Origin: Alphaproteobacteria bacterium
GTDB lineage: Bacteria; Pseudomonadota; Alphaproteobacteria; UBA828
Direction of reading: 5' to 3'
DNA length: 64,000 nucleotides
Assembly: GCA_965221125.1 (NCBI GenBank)
Contig: CBDCRW010000007.1
Location: forward strand, 384,001-448,000
Below, one piece after another: positions 25,248 to 36,152 of the stretch. The notes under the pieces were generated by a model. That model ran no database searches and had not been told where the DNA came from. It saw nothing but the letters and a program-made list of their open reading frames with translations. Position 1 is the first letter of the stretch; each line of letters starts with the position of its first letter. Position numbers and translations under genes: made by a program.

Positions 25248-25275
25248 TTGACTATAATGATAATAGTTCTAAATT
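25248..25275 (+). promoter_or_regulatory. Sigma70-like promoter overlapped by a Fur/Irr/PerR-like box
   Basis: TTGACT-N16-TAAATT; ATAATGATAATAGTTCTAAA resembles the Fur box 5' half plus an Irr TTCTAAA half-site; upstream of a peroxiredoxin. Confidence 0.55.
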
Positions 25276-25312
25276 GCATCGCATGAGCCATTTTCGATCA
25301 GGAGCAAGTGCC

Positions 25313-25849
25313 ATGCGTGTACCCGAGGTGACCTTCAAGACCCGCGTCCGTGACGAGAGCGTGGACGGGCCGAACCCCTTCCGCTGGCAGGACCGGACCA
25401 GCGCCGAAATCTTCAACGGCCGCCGCGTCGTGCTCTTCGCGCTGCCGGGCGCCTTCACGCCGACCTGCAGCAGCACCCATCTGCCCGGCTACGAGGCCTT
25501 ACACGATCGCTTCAAGGAGGCCGGGATCGACGAGGTGATCTGCCTCGCGGTCAACGACGCCTTCGTCATGTATCAGTGGGGCAGGCACCAGGGAGTGGAG
25601 GACGTCACCCTGTTGCCGGACGGTTCCTGCACTTTCACGCGCTTCATGGGCATGCTTGTGGACAAGGACAATCTCGGCTTCGGCCTGCGCAGCTGGCGCT
25701 ATTCCATGCTGGTCGAGGACGGCGAGATCACCAAGATGTTCGTGGAGCCGGGGCGTTGCGACAACGCGCCGGGAGACCCCTTCGAGGTCTCGGACGCCGA
25801 GACCATGCTCGCCTTCGTGGAGTCCCGCGATCGGGCGCAGGCGGCCTGA
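25313..25849 (+). CDS. Peroxiredoxin (Prx5/AhpE-like redoxin)
   Basis: [35 protein letters not shown]. Confidence 0.92.
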   Translation: MRVPEVTFKTRVRDESVDGPNPFRWQDRTSAEIFNGRRVVLFALPGAFTPTCSSTHLPGYEALHDRFKEAGIDEVICLAVNDAFVMYQWGRHQGVEDVTLLPDGSCTFTRFMGMLVDKDNLGFGLRSWRYSMLVEDGEITKMFVEPGRCDNAPGDPFEVSDAETMLAFVESRDRAQAA

Positions 25850-25889
25850 AGACCCGAGGTCTGTTCCCGGTGCCGCCTGGTGCCGGGAG

Positions 25890-26849
25890 TCAGCCCGCCC
25901 GCGGGTGGGCTGCCGTGTAGGCGGCGAGTAGCCCGGCCTCGTCCACCTCCGTGTAGCGCTGCGTGGTGGACAGGCTCGCGTGCCCCAGCAGCTCCTGGAT
26001 CGTGCGCAGGTCGCCGCCGCCCGCGAGCAGATGGGTGGCGAAGCTGTGGCGCAGCGCGTGCGGCGTCGCCGATGACGGCAGGCCGAGCGCGCCGCGCAGC
26101 CGCGCCATGGTCTGCTGCACGAGCTTGGGCTGAAGCCGCTTGCCGCGCACGCCGACGAAGAGGGGATCGCCCGGCTCCAGCCGGTGGGGGCAGGCGGCGA
26201 GATAGTCGGCGATCGCCTCCGCCACGACGGGCAGCACCGGCACGACCCGCTGCTTGTTGCCCTTGCCCGTGATCATCAAGCTGTGCAGCGCGGCATCGGC
26301 GGCCGGCGCGTCCGCGCGATCGAGGCCCAGCGCCTCGCCGATGCGCAGCCCGCAGCCGTAGAGCAGCAGCAGCACCGCGGCATCCCGGCGGGCGGTCCAG
26401 TCCGGTGGCCCGGCGTTCAGGCCGTCCAGATCGACGACAGCCCTGGCCTGGCCCTCGGTGAGCGGCCGGGGCACGGCGCGCGGCGTCTTGGGCGCGCGCA
26501 CCAGTGAGAGCGCGGAGGAGACGGGAACGCCCTCGCGCTCCAGGTGACGGAAGAAGACACGGACCGCCGACAGTGCCCGCGCGGTCGATGTTCGCGCCCG
26601 GCCTTCCGCCGCGCGGCGCGCGAGCCAGGCGCGCAGGTCGCGAACGGTGAGCGCGGCGAGCGTCGCCAGGTCGGGCGCCGCTCCCCGATGCTCCGCGAGG
26701 AAGCGCAGAAAATCGTCGAGGTCGCGCCGGTAGGCGGCGACGGTGTGGTCGGAACGCCGCCGCTCGTCCGCGAGCCGGCCGAGCCAGGTCTCGACCGCCG
26801 TAGTGAGGTCGGCGGCGGCCGGCATCGGCCCGCTCGCCGGCCTGCTCAT
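25890..26849 (-). CDS. xerC: Tyrosine recombinase XerC
   Basis: [53 protein letters not shown]; xerC-fsa-priA context. Confidence 0.9.
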   Translation of the reverse strand: MSRPASGPMPAAADLTTAVETWLGRLADERRRSDHTVAAYRRDLDDFLRFLAEHRGAAPDLATLAALTVRDLRAWLARRAAEGRARTSTARALSAVRVFFRHLEREGVPVSSALSLVRAPKTPRAVPRPLTEGQARAVVDLDGLNAGPPDWTARRDAAVLLLLYGCGLRIGEALGLDRADAPAADAALHSLMITGKGNKQRVVPVLPVVAEAIADYLAACPHRLEPGDPLFVGVRGKRLQPKLVQQTMARLRGALGLPSSATPHALRHSFATHLLAGGGDLRTIQELLGHASLSTTQRYTEVDEAGLLAAYTAAHPRAG

Positions 26850-27508
26850 GAGAGGATCGACTGGCCCGTCTTCTGCCAGTCGGCGAGGAAGGCGTCGAGA
26901 CCCTTGTCGGTGAGCGGGTGGCTCGCGAGCTTCCGCAGCACGCCCGGCGGCACCGTCGCCACCTCGGCGCCGAGCTTGGCGGCCTCCACGACGTGGAGCG
27001 GGTGGCGGATGGAGGCGACCAGGACCTCGGTCGAGATGGTATCGGGATAGGCGCGGTAGATCGTCACGATCTCGCGGATCAGGCCCATGCCGTCCTGGCT
27101 GATGTCGTCGAGGCGGCCTACGAAGGGCGAGATGAAGGCGGCGCCCGCCTTGGCTGCCAGCAGCGCCTGGGACGGGGAGAAGCACAGGGTGACGTTGACC
27201 TTGGTGCCACCCTGGCTGAGCGCGCGGCAGGCCTTGAGGCCGTCCCAGGTGAGCGGCACCTTGACCGCGACGTTGGGAGCGATCGCGGCAAGCGCGCGGC
27301 CTTCGGAGAGCATGGTCTCGGCGTCGGTCGCGGTGACCTCGGCGCTGACGGGACCCGGCACGATGTCGCAGATGTTGCGGATTACCTCGAAGAAGTCGCC
27401 GCCCGACTTGGCGATGAGCGAGGGATTGGTGGTCACGCCGTCGAGCAGTCCGGTGGCCGAGAGATCTTCGATCTCTGCGATGTCCGCCGTGTCCACGAAG
27501 AACTTCAT
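26846..27508 (-). CDS. fsa: Transaldolase / fructose-6-phosphate aldolase
   Basis: [41 protein letters not shown]. Confidence 0.92.
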   Translation of the reverse strand: MKFFVDTADIAEIEDLSATGLLDGVTTNPSLIAKSGGDFFEVIRNICDIVPGPVSAEVTATDAETMLSEGRALAAIAPNVAVKVPLTWDGLKACRALSQGGTKVNVTLCFSPSQALLAAKAGAAFISPFVGRLDDISQDGMGLIREIVTIYRAYPDTISTEVLVASIRHPLHVVEAAKLGAEVATVPPGVLRKLASHPLTDKGLDAFLADWQKTGQSILS

Positions 27509-27708
27509 GCCGCCGCTCCGTCCGAGATCTTTCGCCCAATGCCGGCCTTTCGGGTCATCGGGCTGGACGCCGTCGCGGGAGTGATGCAGGACGAGTGCAT
27601 GACCACGGCATCCACGACTCGACTCGGCTCCGGGCCGGCGGCTGACGCGGGCGGCCTCATAGCATGTCCCGCACGCCGTGACCATTCCGGCGCTCGGGAG
27701 CGGGTCCC

Positions 27709-29931
27709 GTGAACCTATCGAGCAGAGGCGGCGGGGCGAGCGCGAACGCGCCCCCGCCCGCCACCGTCGCCGTCCTTCTGCCGCTGCCGCTCGACCGCGC
27801 CTACGACTACATCGTGCCGGGCGATTTGGAGGAAGCCGTCGTACCCGGCTCCTTCGTGCGGGTGCCGCTCGGCGGGGTCGAGCGTGTCGGGGTGGTCTGG
27901 GGCGAGGGCGAAGGCGGCGTCGAGCCTGCGCGCCTCAAGCCGGTGATCGCAGCGCTGGAGGCGCCGCCGATGACCGAGCCGCTCCGCCGGCTGGTCGACT
28001 GGGCGGCCGAGTACACGCTCGCGCAGCGGGGCGCCGTTCTGCGCATGGCGATGAGCGTGCCTGCCGCGCTCGCGCCGGCGCCGGTCCGAACCGCCTACCG
28101 GCTCGGGCAGGGCGAGGCGCCGCGCATGACCGACGCGCGTGCTCGCGTGCTCGCCCTGTTGGGGGAGGGGCCGTCCCGCACCGCAGCCGAGATCGAGCGC
28201 GAGGGCGGGGTAAGCGCCGGTGTGGTGCGCGGGCTGGCTTCGCACGGCGCGGTCGAGGCGGTCTCGGTACGCGACGTGGCGACCTTCGACCGTCCCGACA
28301 CGCGCGCTGCCGGCCCGACCCTCTCCGACGCGCAACGCCGGAGCGCCGAGACGCTTTCGAGCGCGCTCGCGAATGGGGCCTTCTCGGTCACCGTGCTCGA
28401 CGGCGTGACCGGCGCCGGCAAGACCGAGGTCTACTTCGAGGCGATTGCCGCCGCGCTCGACGCCGGTCGTCAGGTGCTGGTGATGCTGCCGGAGATCGCG
28501 CTCAGCGCCCAGTGGCTCGGGCGCTTTCGCGCACGCTTCGGCTCAGCACCTGCGGTCTGGCACTCGGAGCTGGGCACGCGCCGGCGACGCGAGACCTGGC
28601 GTGCCGTCGCCGAGAGCCGGGCGCAGGTCGTGGTCGGCGCACGGTCTGCGCTGTGGCTGCCGTTCCGCTCGCTCGGCCTGATCGTCGTCGACGAGGAGCA
28701 CGACGCCGCCTTCAAGCAGGAGGACGGTGTCGTCTACCACGCGCGCGACATGGCGGTGGTGCGCGCACGCCTGGAGGACTGCCCCGCGGTCCTGGTGTCG
28801 GCCACGCCGTCGCTCGAGACGGTCGTCAACGTCGAGAGGGGCCGCTATGCCAGTGTGCTGCTGCCGGACCGCCACGGCGCCGCGCGGTTGCCGACGATCG
28901 AAACCGTCGATCTGCGCGAGACGCCGCCGGAACGCGGCGCATGGCTCGCGCCCCCATTGCGCGCGGCTCTCGCCGAGACCCTGGATGCCGGCGAGCAGGC
29001 GCTGCTCTTCCTCAACCGCAGGGGCTACGCGCCGCTCACGTTGTGCCGCGCCTGCGGCCACCGCTTCCACTGCCCGAATTGCAGCGCTTGGCTGGTGGAG
29101 CACCGCTTCACCGGCACGCTCGACTGCCACCATTGCGGCTTTCGCCAGCCGCAGCCCGAAGCCTGCCCGGCCTGCGAGACGGAGGGGAGCTTCGCGGCCT
29201 GCGGGCCGGGGGTCGAGAGGCTGGCGGAAGAGGTGGACGGCGCCTTTCCCGGCGCCCGCTGGGCAGTGCTCACCAGCGACACGGTGGGCGGCCCCAGTCA
29301 GGTGCAGGACCTGGTCGATGCCATCGCGGCCCACGAGATCGACGTGCTGATCGGCACGCAGATGGTGGCCAAGGGCCATCATTTCCCGCAGCTCACCCTG
29401 GTGGGCGTGGTGGATGCCGACCTGGGGCTCGCGGGCGGCGACATGCGGGCAGCCGAGCGCACCTACCAGCTTCTCCACCAGGTGGGCGGGCGCGCCGGGC
29501 GCGGCGGCCGCCCCGGCCGGGTCATGCTCCAGACCTGCGCCGCCGAGCATCCGGTTATCGCGGCGCTCGCCGCCGGCGACCGCGATTCCTTCATGGCGCG
29601 GGAGGCGGCGGCGCGGGAGGCCCACGGGCTGCCGCCCTTTGGCCGCCTCGCGGCGGTCATCGCGTCCGGCCCGAACGAGGCAGAGACGCTGCGTGCTGCA
29701 TCTGCTCTCGCCCGCACCGCCCGTGCCGAGGAGAAGAGTCTCGGAATCCAGGTGCTGGGTCCGGCGCCGGCGCCGCTCAAGCTGCTGCGGGGGCGCCATC
29801 GCTTCCGCCTCCTCTTCAAGGCGCCGCGCGGCGTGCTGTTGCAGCCCCACATGCGCCGCTGGCTTGCGGCCCTCGATCGGCACGCGCGCGCCCGCCTTCA
29901 GGTGGACATCGACCCGCACAGCTTCATGTAG
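27709..29931 (+). CDS. priA: Primosomal protein N'
   Basis: [27 protein letters not shown], four CxxC motifs, [22 protein letters not shown]. Confidence 0.95.
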   Translation: MNLSSRGGGASANAPPPATVAVLLPLPLDRAYDYIVPGDLEEAVVPGSFVRVPLGGVERVGVVWGEGEGGVEPARLKPVIAALEAPPMTEPLRRLVDWAAEYTLAQRGAVLRMAMSVPAALAPAPVRTAYRLGQGEAPRMTDARARVLALLGEGPSRTAAEIEREGGVSAGVVRGLASHGAVEAVSVRDVATFDRPDTRAAGPTLSDAQRRSAETLSSALANGAFSVTVLDGVTGAGKTEVYFEAIAAALDAGRQVLVMLPEIALSAQWLGRFRARFGSAPAVWHSELGTRRRRETWRAVAESRAQVVVGARSALWLPFRSLGLIVVDEEHDAAFKQEDGVVYHARDMAVVRARLEDCPAVLVSATPSLETVVNVERGRYASVLLPDRHGAARLPTIETVDLRETPPERGAWLAPPLRAALAETLDAGEQALLFLNRRGYAPLTLCRACGHRFHCPNCSAWLVEHRFTGTLDCHHCGFRQPQPEACPACETEGSFAACGPGVERLAEEVDGAFPGARWAVLTSDTVGGPSQVQDLVDAIAAHEIDVLIGTQMVAKGHHFPQLTLVGVVDADLGLAGGDMRAAERTYQLLHQVGGRAGRGGRPGRVMLQTCAAEHPVIAALAAGDRDSFMAREAAAREAHGLPPFGRLAAVIASGPNEAETLRAASALARTARAEEKSLGIQVLGPAPAPLKLLRGRHRFRLLFKAPRGVLLQPHMRRWLAALDRHARARLQVDIDPHSFM

Positions 29932-30022
29932 TCGGCACTCGCCGTGACAGGCTCAGGGCCATTTGCTAGGGTCGCTCAGGCTCAACCGGAGCAGCGGCGG
30001 GAAGGCGCGCAAGGGGGATGCC

Positions 30023-30853
30023 ATGATCATCCAGACCCAGGCGGAGGAGCGGAAGGACGGCGCCCGCTTCGCTATCAAGCTCGACGAGCACCTCCAGCTC
30101 GTGGCTCAGCTCGCCGAGAATTTTGGCAACGATTCCTTCGTGCAGCCGGAGCCCCGCGACTACTTCCTCTATGCCTGCCGCTGGCACGACAAGGGCTGGA
30201 AGGACCTGGACGACAACCCGCCGCTCGATCCCGCCACCGGGCTCCCCTACAACCTGGTGGAGACGCCGATCCCCATCATCACGCTGACCGGCTGCCGCTC
30301 GCCCGAGTACAACGAGGCGCACCATGCCTACTGCGGTCTGCTGGACAGCATGCACATCTGGGGTCTCTACAACGGACGCTACGGGCTCTCGGACAAGGTG
30401 CTGATCGACATCGTGCCGGACGAGCATCGCCTCGCCGCCGATACCATGCTGGACACCGAGCGCCAGCGCCAGGAGCGGCTCACGGCCGTGCTGCAGGACG
30501 ATCCCGACACCGCGCCCTGGGTCGAGGAGGAGCAGCTCTTCGCCAACTACAAGGCGCTGCAGTTCTTCGATACCTTCGCGCTCTACTTCAACTGCGTGCA
30601 TCCCGAGGGGCGCGGCGAGAGCACGTTCGAGAACGTGCCGCGCGGGGTGGAGGACGACGTCGGCATCGAGGTGAGGGCGCTCGGCGACGGTGTCTACAGC
30701 CTCGATCCCTATCCCTTCCGCGACGACGGGCTGGAGGTCTCGTTCACCGGCCGCCATCTCACACCCTTCGGCGCAGACGACAAGCCCGACATGGCCGCGG
30801 TGATGCGGGAGACCCCGCGCGAGCGCCAGAGCGCGCGGCTGGTCGCAGCCTGA
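30023..30853 (+). CDS. DUF3891 family protein
   Basis: H..L..QLA..FGN, HDKGW, LL.SMH, LQFFD..ALY pattern. Confidence 0.65.
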   Translation: MIIQTQAEERKDGARFAIKLDEHLQLVAQLAENFGNDSFVQPEPRDYFLYACRWHDKGWKDLDDNPPLDPATGLPYNLVETPIPIITLTGCRSPEYNEAHHAYCGLLDSMHIWGLYNGRYGLSDKVLIDIVPDEHRLAADTMLDTERQRQERLTAVLQDDPDTAPWVEEEQLFANYKALQFFDTFALYFNCVHPEGRGESTFENVPRGVEDDVGIEVRALGDGVYSLDPYPFRDDGLEVSFTGRHLTPFGADDKPDMAAVMRETPRERQSARLVAA

Positions 30854-30885
30854 CCGCCGCCCCGCTCTCATCCGAGGCCTGAATC

Positions 30886-31398
30886 GTGCCGGCTTCCGCA
30901 CGCCCCAGCCCCGTCGAGGTGCTAGGACTCGACCACGTCGTGCTGCGGGTCGCCGATATCGACGCCTCGCTGGAGTGGTATCGGCGGGTGCTCGGCTGCA
31001 CCGTCGAGCGACGGATCAAGAGCTTCGGGCTCTACCAGCTGCGCGCGGGCGAGAACCTGATCGACCTCGTCCCCGTCGCCAGCGAGGCCGGCAAGCCGGG
31101 CGGCGGTGCGCCGGGCAGGACGCGGCGCAACATGGAGCATTTTGCGCTCAAGCTCGCCGCCTTCGATGAGAATAAGCTCCGCCGCTACCTCAAGCGGCGC
31201 GGCATCGAGGCCGGCGAGACGGCGCGGCGCTACGGCGCCGACGGTCACGGCCCCTCGCTCTACCTCACCGACCCCGACGGCAACACGGTCGAGCTCAAGG
31301 GTCCCCCCGATGCGGACCAGGACGAGCGCGTCGCGAGCGCCGAGTACCCTGCCCGCTCGCGGAGAGGGGCCGCAGTCAAACGGAGCACGCGGACATGA
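30886..31398 (+). CDS. VOC family protein
   Basis: LDHVVLRV, EHFAL, RYGADG.GPSLY.TDPDGNTVELK. Confidence 0.85.
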   Translation: MPASARPSPVEVLGLDHVVLRVADIDASLEWYRRVLGCTVERRIKSFGLYQLRAGENLIDLVPVASEAGKPGGGAPGRTRRNMEHFALKLAAFDENKLRRYLKRRGIEAGETARRYGADGHGPSLYLTDPDGNTVELKGPPDADQDERVASAEYPARSRRGAAVKRSTRT

Positions 31399-32441
31399 AG
31401 GCGGTCGTCATCCACCGTCACGGCGGGCCGGAAGAGCTCGTCTACGAGGACATCGAGACGCCTGCGGTGGGGGCCGAGGACGTCCTGATCAACCTCGAGA
31501 CGGTCGGCCTCAACCACTTTGATCTCGACGTCTGCGACGGCATCTCGGGCTATCTCAGTCTCGACATGCCGCACATCTTGGGCGTCGAGGGCGCCGGCAC
31601 GGTCGCCGAGGTGGGGTCGGCGGTGACCGCCTTTCGCCCCGGCGACCGGGTCATGCCCTTCCTCACCATCACGTCGGGCCTGTGCCGGCACAAGGTGTGC
31701 AACTGCGCGCTCGGCATGGACAACATCTGCCTCGACTTCGAGAAGCTGGGCGTGACCTGCTGGGGCACCTACGCCGAGTACGTGAAGGTGTCGCACCACA
31801 ACGTGCTCCGTATTCCCGACGGCCTCTCGGCGCTGGATGCGGCGGCGGGGCAGGTCGCCTTAGCCACCGCCTGGGAGCTGGTGGTGAAGAAAGCGCAGGT
31901 GCGCCAGGGCGAGGACGTGCTCGTCAACGCCGCCGGCAGCGGCGTCGGCTCGGCCGCGATCCAGTGCGCTCGCGTCGCAGGCGCGCGGGTGATCGCCACC
32001 GCCGGCTCTGACAAGAAGCTCGCGCGCGCCTGCCAATTGGGCGCAGACGAGGTCATCAACTATAACGATACCCCGGCGATCGGCGATGCCGTGCGCGACT
32101 TGACCGATGGCCGCGGAGTCGATGTCTGTATCGAGATGGTGGGTGGATCGGTGCTGCAGCAGAGCCTCGATGCGCTGGCGCTCAACGGGCGGCTTGCCAC
32201 TTGCGGCGCGCACGCCGGCGAGAAGGTCGAGATCGACATGATCGAGTTCTTTCGCAAGCAGATCACGATGACGAGCTGCCATTTCGCGCCGAAGTCCACC
32301 AACCACGAGGTCCTGCGCCTGATGGAGCAGGGCAAGCTCAGGCCGGTGATCGGCGAGGTCCTGCCGTTGGCGGAGATGCGCACGGCGCACGAGCGTCTTG
32401 CCGCGCGCGCGGTCTTCGGCAAGGTCGTGCTTGAGGTGTAG
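31395..32441 (+). CDS. Zinc-binding dehydrogenase / quinone oxidoreductase (MDR family)
   Basis: MKAVV, PHILGVEGAG, Cys cluster, AAGSGVG, FGKVVL. Confidence 0.85.
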   Translation: MKAVVIHRHGGPEELVYEDIETPAVGAEDVLINLETVGLNHFDLDVCDGISGYLSLDMPHILGVEGAGTVAEVGSAVTAFRPGDRVMPFLTITSGLCRHKVCNCALGMDNICLDFEKLGVTCWGTYAEYVKVSHHNVLRIPDGLSALDAAAGQVALATAWELVVKKAQVRQGEDVLVNAAGSGVGSAAIQCARVAGARVIATAGSDKKLARACQLGADEVINYNDTPAIGDAVRDLTDGRGVDVCIEMVGGSVLQQSLDALALNGRLATCGAHAGEKVEIDMIEFFRKQITMTSCHFAPKSTNHEVLRLMEQGKLRPVIGEVLPLAEMRTAHERLAARAVFGKVVLEV

Positions 32442-32460
32442 CGAAGCAGGGTATCGGAGT

Positions 32461-33444
32461 ATGGCAGAGCTGGAGCTACGCAAGGTCGACCGCTGGCATC
32501 ACCGGCGCATCGTTCTCGACGGTCTCAGCATGAAGGCGCCGTCGGGTCGCATCACGGCGCTCCTGGGCGACGAGGAGTCGGGCTGTGTTGAGGCGCTCAA
32601 GGTCATCGCCGGGATCGAGAAGCTGCAGGGCGGCTCGATCCTGATCGACGGCGAGGACGTGGGCGGGGAGAAAGAGGGCGTGCGCGAGGCGGCGACGGTC
32701 TTCCGCAGCGCCGCCCTGATGCCGCACAAGTCGGCGCTCGAGAACATCGCTTATCCGCTCAGGATCGCCCGCTTCGACCAGCAGACGATCGAGGAGCGCG
32801 TGCTGGCCGTCGCCGAGCATTTCGGGCTCATGGACGTGCTGACGGAACGGCCGAAGAAGCTGACTGACGTTCAGTGCTACCAGATCGGCCTCGCCCGCGC
32901 GCTCGTGCGCGACCCCGGCGTCTACCTCTTCGAGCTGCCGCCGGAGGAGGACACGACCATACGGGAGCTTGCGATCAGCGAGATGCGCCGGCTCAGGGAT
33001 GAGTTCGGCCGCACCGTGGTCTATGCGGCCGGCACCGTCGACTCCGTGCACGACCTTGCCGACTGGGTCGTCGTCCTCCACGAGGGGCGCAGGCTGCAGA
33101 TGGGCCGCCCGGAGCGACTTGCCCAATGGCCCGTCTCGCGTCAGGTCGCGAAGCTCTTCGGCGCCAGGCTCCGTGCCGCGCGAATCGAGGAAAGGGAGCG
33201 GGACTCGGTCACGGTCAGCCTCAAGGACGGCACCTTTCTCACGCTCCCCTGCGAATCCCAGGAGGCGGCCGCCGGCGAGCGCGCCACCCTCGCCATCTGG
33301 CCCGAGCACATCGGCCGCGAGGGCGAAACGGCGGTCTATCCGCCCGAACACTGCTACCTGTTCGACGCGCGCGGGCACCTGGCGCAGGGGCCGTTCGGAC
33401 TGCCGCCGAAGCCGAAGAAGAAGAAATCCTCCCGCCGGCGGTGA
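32461..33444 (+). CDS. MalK-like ABC ATP-binding protein with degenerate catalytic motifs
   Basis: Overall MalK layout (IAG.E...GG.I.IDG, ENIAYPL, LARALV..P) but Walker A, signature, Walker B and H-loop are all altered. Confidence 0.75.
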   Translation: MAELELRKVDRWHHRRIVLDGLSMKAPSGRITALLGDEESGCVEALKVIAGIEKLQGGSILIDGEDVGGEKEGVREAATVFRSAALMPHKSALENIAYPLRIARFDQQTIEERVLAVAEHFGLMDVLTERPKKLTDVQCYQIGLARALVRDPGVYLFELPPEEDTTIRELAISEMRRLRDEFGRTVVYAAGTVDSVHDLADWVVVLHEGRRLQMGRPERLAQWPVSRQVAKLFGARLRAARIEERERDSVTVSLKDGTFLTLPCESQEAAAGERATLAIWPEHIGREGETAVYPPEHCYLFDARGHLAQGPFGLPPKPKKKKSSRRR

Positions 33445-33715
33445 ATGCCGAGTCGACGCGCCGGCTTCATCGCGCGCTGCCGTGCTCTGTTACCGCTCAG
33501 TACTTCTTGCGGATGATTGTGCTATATGGAACAAAGTCATCAACATGTAGTAATGAGAGAGATGATTATACGACGACATATTGTAAGTATTGGTAGGTTT
33601 CGAGAATGATGCGTCGGGCCGAACACTGTATTGTGAGAGCGGCATCATTGCCATTATCGCGCCTCGTACACTAGAATGAACTAGCAACGTCTGCCTCCAA
33701 CGGGTTCCCCATACA

Positions 33716-34372
33716 ATGACCGACCACGCCGCCGCCCGCCGCAACATGGTCTCGGGCCAGATCAGGACCAACCGCGTCACCGACGAGCGGTTGATCGAGG
33801 CGATGGAGGAGATCCCGCGCGAGCGCTTCGTCCCACATGCCAAGCGGGGGGTCGCCTACGTGGACGAGGACGTGGAGATCGCGTCCGGCCGCTACCTGAT
33901 GGAGCCCATGGTGCTCGCGCGCATGGTGCAGGAGGCAGGCATAGCGGCGGACGACATGGTTCTCGATGTCGGCTGCGGCACGGGATACGCGACGGCGGTC
34001 ATGTCCCGCCTCGCCGGTACCGTGATCGCGCTGGATGTCGACGGATCGCTGGCCGCGGAGGCGGAGCGCGCGTTGAACGCGGTGGGCGCCGACAACGCGA
34101 TCGTGGTGACCGGCCCGCTCGCCGAGGGTTACGCCCGCCAGGCGCCCTATGACGTGATCCTGCTGGGCGGCGCGGTCGATCACCTGCCGCAGGCGCTGGC
34201 GGACCAGTTGGCCGAGGGGGGCAGGATCGTCGGCGTCCTGCGCGAGGCTGGCACGGTCGGGCAGGCGACCCTCTGGGCGCGGCACCGGGGCGCGCTGTCG
34301 AGCCGCAGCCTGTTCGAGGCATCGCTGCCGCCGCTTCCCGGCATCGCCCGCCCCGTGCAATTCGAGTTCTAG
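33716..34372 (+). CDS. pcm: Protein-L-isoaspartate O-methyltransferase
   Basis: AR.NMV..QIRT..V.D, PRERFVP, AY.D, LDVGCGTGY, APYDVI, QL.EGG. Confidence 0.9.
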   Translation: MTDHAAARRNMVSGQIRTNRVTDERLIEAMEEIPRERFVPHAKRGVAYVDEDVEIASGRYLMEPMVLARMVQEAGIAADDMVLDVGCGTGYATAVMSRLAGTVIALDVDGSLAAEAERALNAVGADNAIVVTGPLAEGYARQAPYDVILLGGAVDHLPQALADQLAEGGRIVGVLREAGTVGQATLWARHRGALSSRSLFEASLPPLPGIARPVQFEF

Positions 34373-34376
34373 CGCC

Positions 34377-34706
34377 ATGGACGGGGAGGTGCCGGCGCTT
34401 TCGGTCGGAGACTTCGCTGCGCTGCGCGCGCGCCAGGAGGACTACGCGCTCCTCGACGTGCGCGAGCCCTGGGAGGTGGCGGTCAGCGCGCTGCCGGAGG
34501 CAATGACCATCCCCATGAACGAGCTGCCCGATCGGCTCGAAACGCTGCCGGCGGACCGCCCCCTGGTCGTGCTGTGTCACCACGGCCAGCGAAGCGGCCA
34601 CGTCACGGCGTGGCTCAGGGGGCTCGGCTACGACAATGCGGTCAATCTGGAAGGCGGTATCGACGCGTGGGCGCGCACGGTCGATCCCGCCATGCCGACC
34701 TACTGA
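34377..34706 (+). CDS. Rhodanese-like sulfurtransferase
   Basis: LDVREPWE, CHHGQRS, NLEGGIDAW. Confidence 0.9.
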   Translation: MDGEVPALSVGDFAALRARQEDYALLDVREPWEVAVSALPEAMTIPMNELPDRLETLPADRPLVVLCHHGQRSGHVTAWLRGLGYDNAVNLEGGIDAWARTVDPAMPTY

Positions 34707-34718
34707 AAGGAGCGGCCC

Positions 34719-36122
34719 ATGACTCGCGATCGAAGGCTCTCCACGATTGGAAGATGCGCGGCGTTTGCACTGCTGGCAGCGCTTCTCGTCGGCGCCTCGG
34801 CGCAGTTCGGCGGCGCTGCCGCGCAGACCCTGGAGGAGGCGCTCGTCCTCGCCTACCAGAACAATCCCGCCTTGCAGGCCGAGCGTGCACGCCTGAGGGC
34901 CGTGGACGAGGAGGTGCCGGAGGCGCTGGCCGGCTGGCGCCCCACGATCGAGGTCGCAGGCGATATCGGGGCGCTCTACAGCAATACGGACGGCATGGCT
35001 CCCAACAGCGGAAGCGAAACGGTTGCCCCCTACGGCGTGGGCCTCTCTGCGGTGACGCCCATCTACCAGGGCGGGCGCGTCGACGCTCAGATCGAGTCGG
35101 CCGAGAACCGTGTCAACGCGGGCCGCGCCCAGCTCCAGGCTGTCGAGCAATCGATCCTGCTCGACGCGGTGACCGCCTACATGGACGTGCTCCGTTACGG
35201 CGCCGAGATCGAGCTCAGCCGGAGCAGCGAGCGGGTGGTGCGGCGCCAGCTGCAGGCGGCGCAGGACCGGCTCGAGGTCGGCGAGGTGACGCGCACCGAT
35301 GTGGCTCAGGCCGAGGCCAGGCTCGCGCAGGCGGGCGCGGAACGGGTGATGGCGGAGGGCGGCATGATGTCCGCCCGTGCCTTCTTCCGGCAGGTGATCG
35401 GCGAACCGCCGGGTGCGCTCTCCCGGCCGCCGGTTCCCATGGGACTGCCGGAGACCGAGGAGGAGGCGCTCGCCGCTGCGGCCGCGGGCAACCCGTCAAT
35501 CGTCGCGTCATCGTTTATCGCGCAGGCGTCGGAGGCGGAAATCGACGTGGCCGCGGCCTCGCTCAGGCCGCAGGTCGCGATCGTGGGCGACGTTCGCCAG
35601 CGCTTCGATTCGTCCGACCTCATCGAGTCCAGGGCCGATGTCTCGCTGATGGCGACGGTGCGCGTGCCGATCTATCAGGGCGGCGCTGCGAATGCGCGTA
35701 TCCGCCAGTCGAAGCAGGTATCGGCGCAGCGGCGCCTCGAGCTCGACCAGACCCGGCGCACGGTGCAGGAGCAGGTAGCTCATGCCTGGCGGGCGCTCAC
35801 CTCGGCACGGGCGCAGATCGCCGCCTTCGAGTCCCAGGTGGCCGCGGCAGCGGTTGCGCTCGACGGCGTCGAGCAAGAGACGCGAGTGGGCCTGCGCACC
35901 ACGCTCGATGTGCTGGACGCCGAACAGGAGCATTTCAAGGCGCAGATCAACCTTGTCCGGGCGCAGCGGGAGGAGATCGTCGCCGCCTATCAGCTGAAGT
36001 CGGCGATCGGTGCTCTCACGGCGCGTCAGCTCGGGCTCCCTGTCGACCTGTACGATCCCGAGGAACACTATCTGCGCGTGCGCGAGAGCCCTGGCGTGTG
36101 GTTATGGTCGGAAGAAGAATGA
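34719..36122 (+). CDS. tolC: TolC family outer membrane protein
   Basis: Signal peptide, AY.NNP.L, GEVTRTDVAQAEARL, PIYQGG, VG.RTTLDVLDAEQE; pcm-tolC context. Confidence 0.9.
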   Translation: MTRDRRLSTIGRCAAFALLAALLVGASAQFGGAAAQTLEEALVLAYQNNPALQAERARLRAVDEEVPEALAGWRPTIEVAGDIGALYSNTDGMAPNSGSETVAPYGVGLSAVTPIYQGGRVDAQIESAENRVNAGRAQLQAVEQSILLDAVTAYMDVLRYGAEIELSRSSERVVRRQLQAAQDRLEVGEVTRTDVAQAEARLAQAGAERVMAEGGMMSARAFFRQVIGEPPGALSRPPVPMGLPETEEEALAAAAAGNPSIVASSFIAQASEAEIDVAAASLRPQVAIVGDVRQRFDSSDLIESRADVSLMATVRVPIYQGGAANARIRQSKQVSAQRRLELDQTRRTVQEQVAHAWRALTSARAQIAAFESQVAAAAVALDGVEQETRVGLRTTLDVLDAEQEHFKAQINLVRAQREEIVAAYQLKSAIGALTARQLGLPVDLYDPEEHYLRVRESPGVWLWSEEE

Positions 36123-36152
36123 TCGCGACCGACGCGGCGAAGGAGTGAGGAC

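Noticed and set aside
25890-26849. Tyrosine recombinase as the integrase of the phage-like module
   Set aside because: It has XerC motifs, sits in the housekeeping xerC-fsa-priA context and is 14 kb from the module
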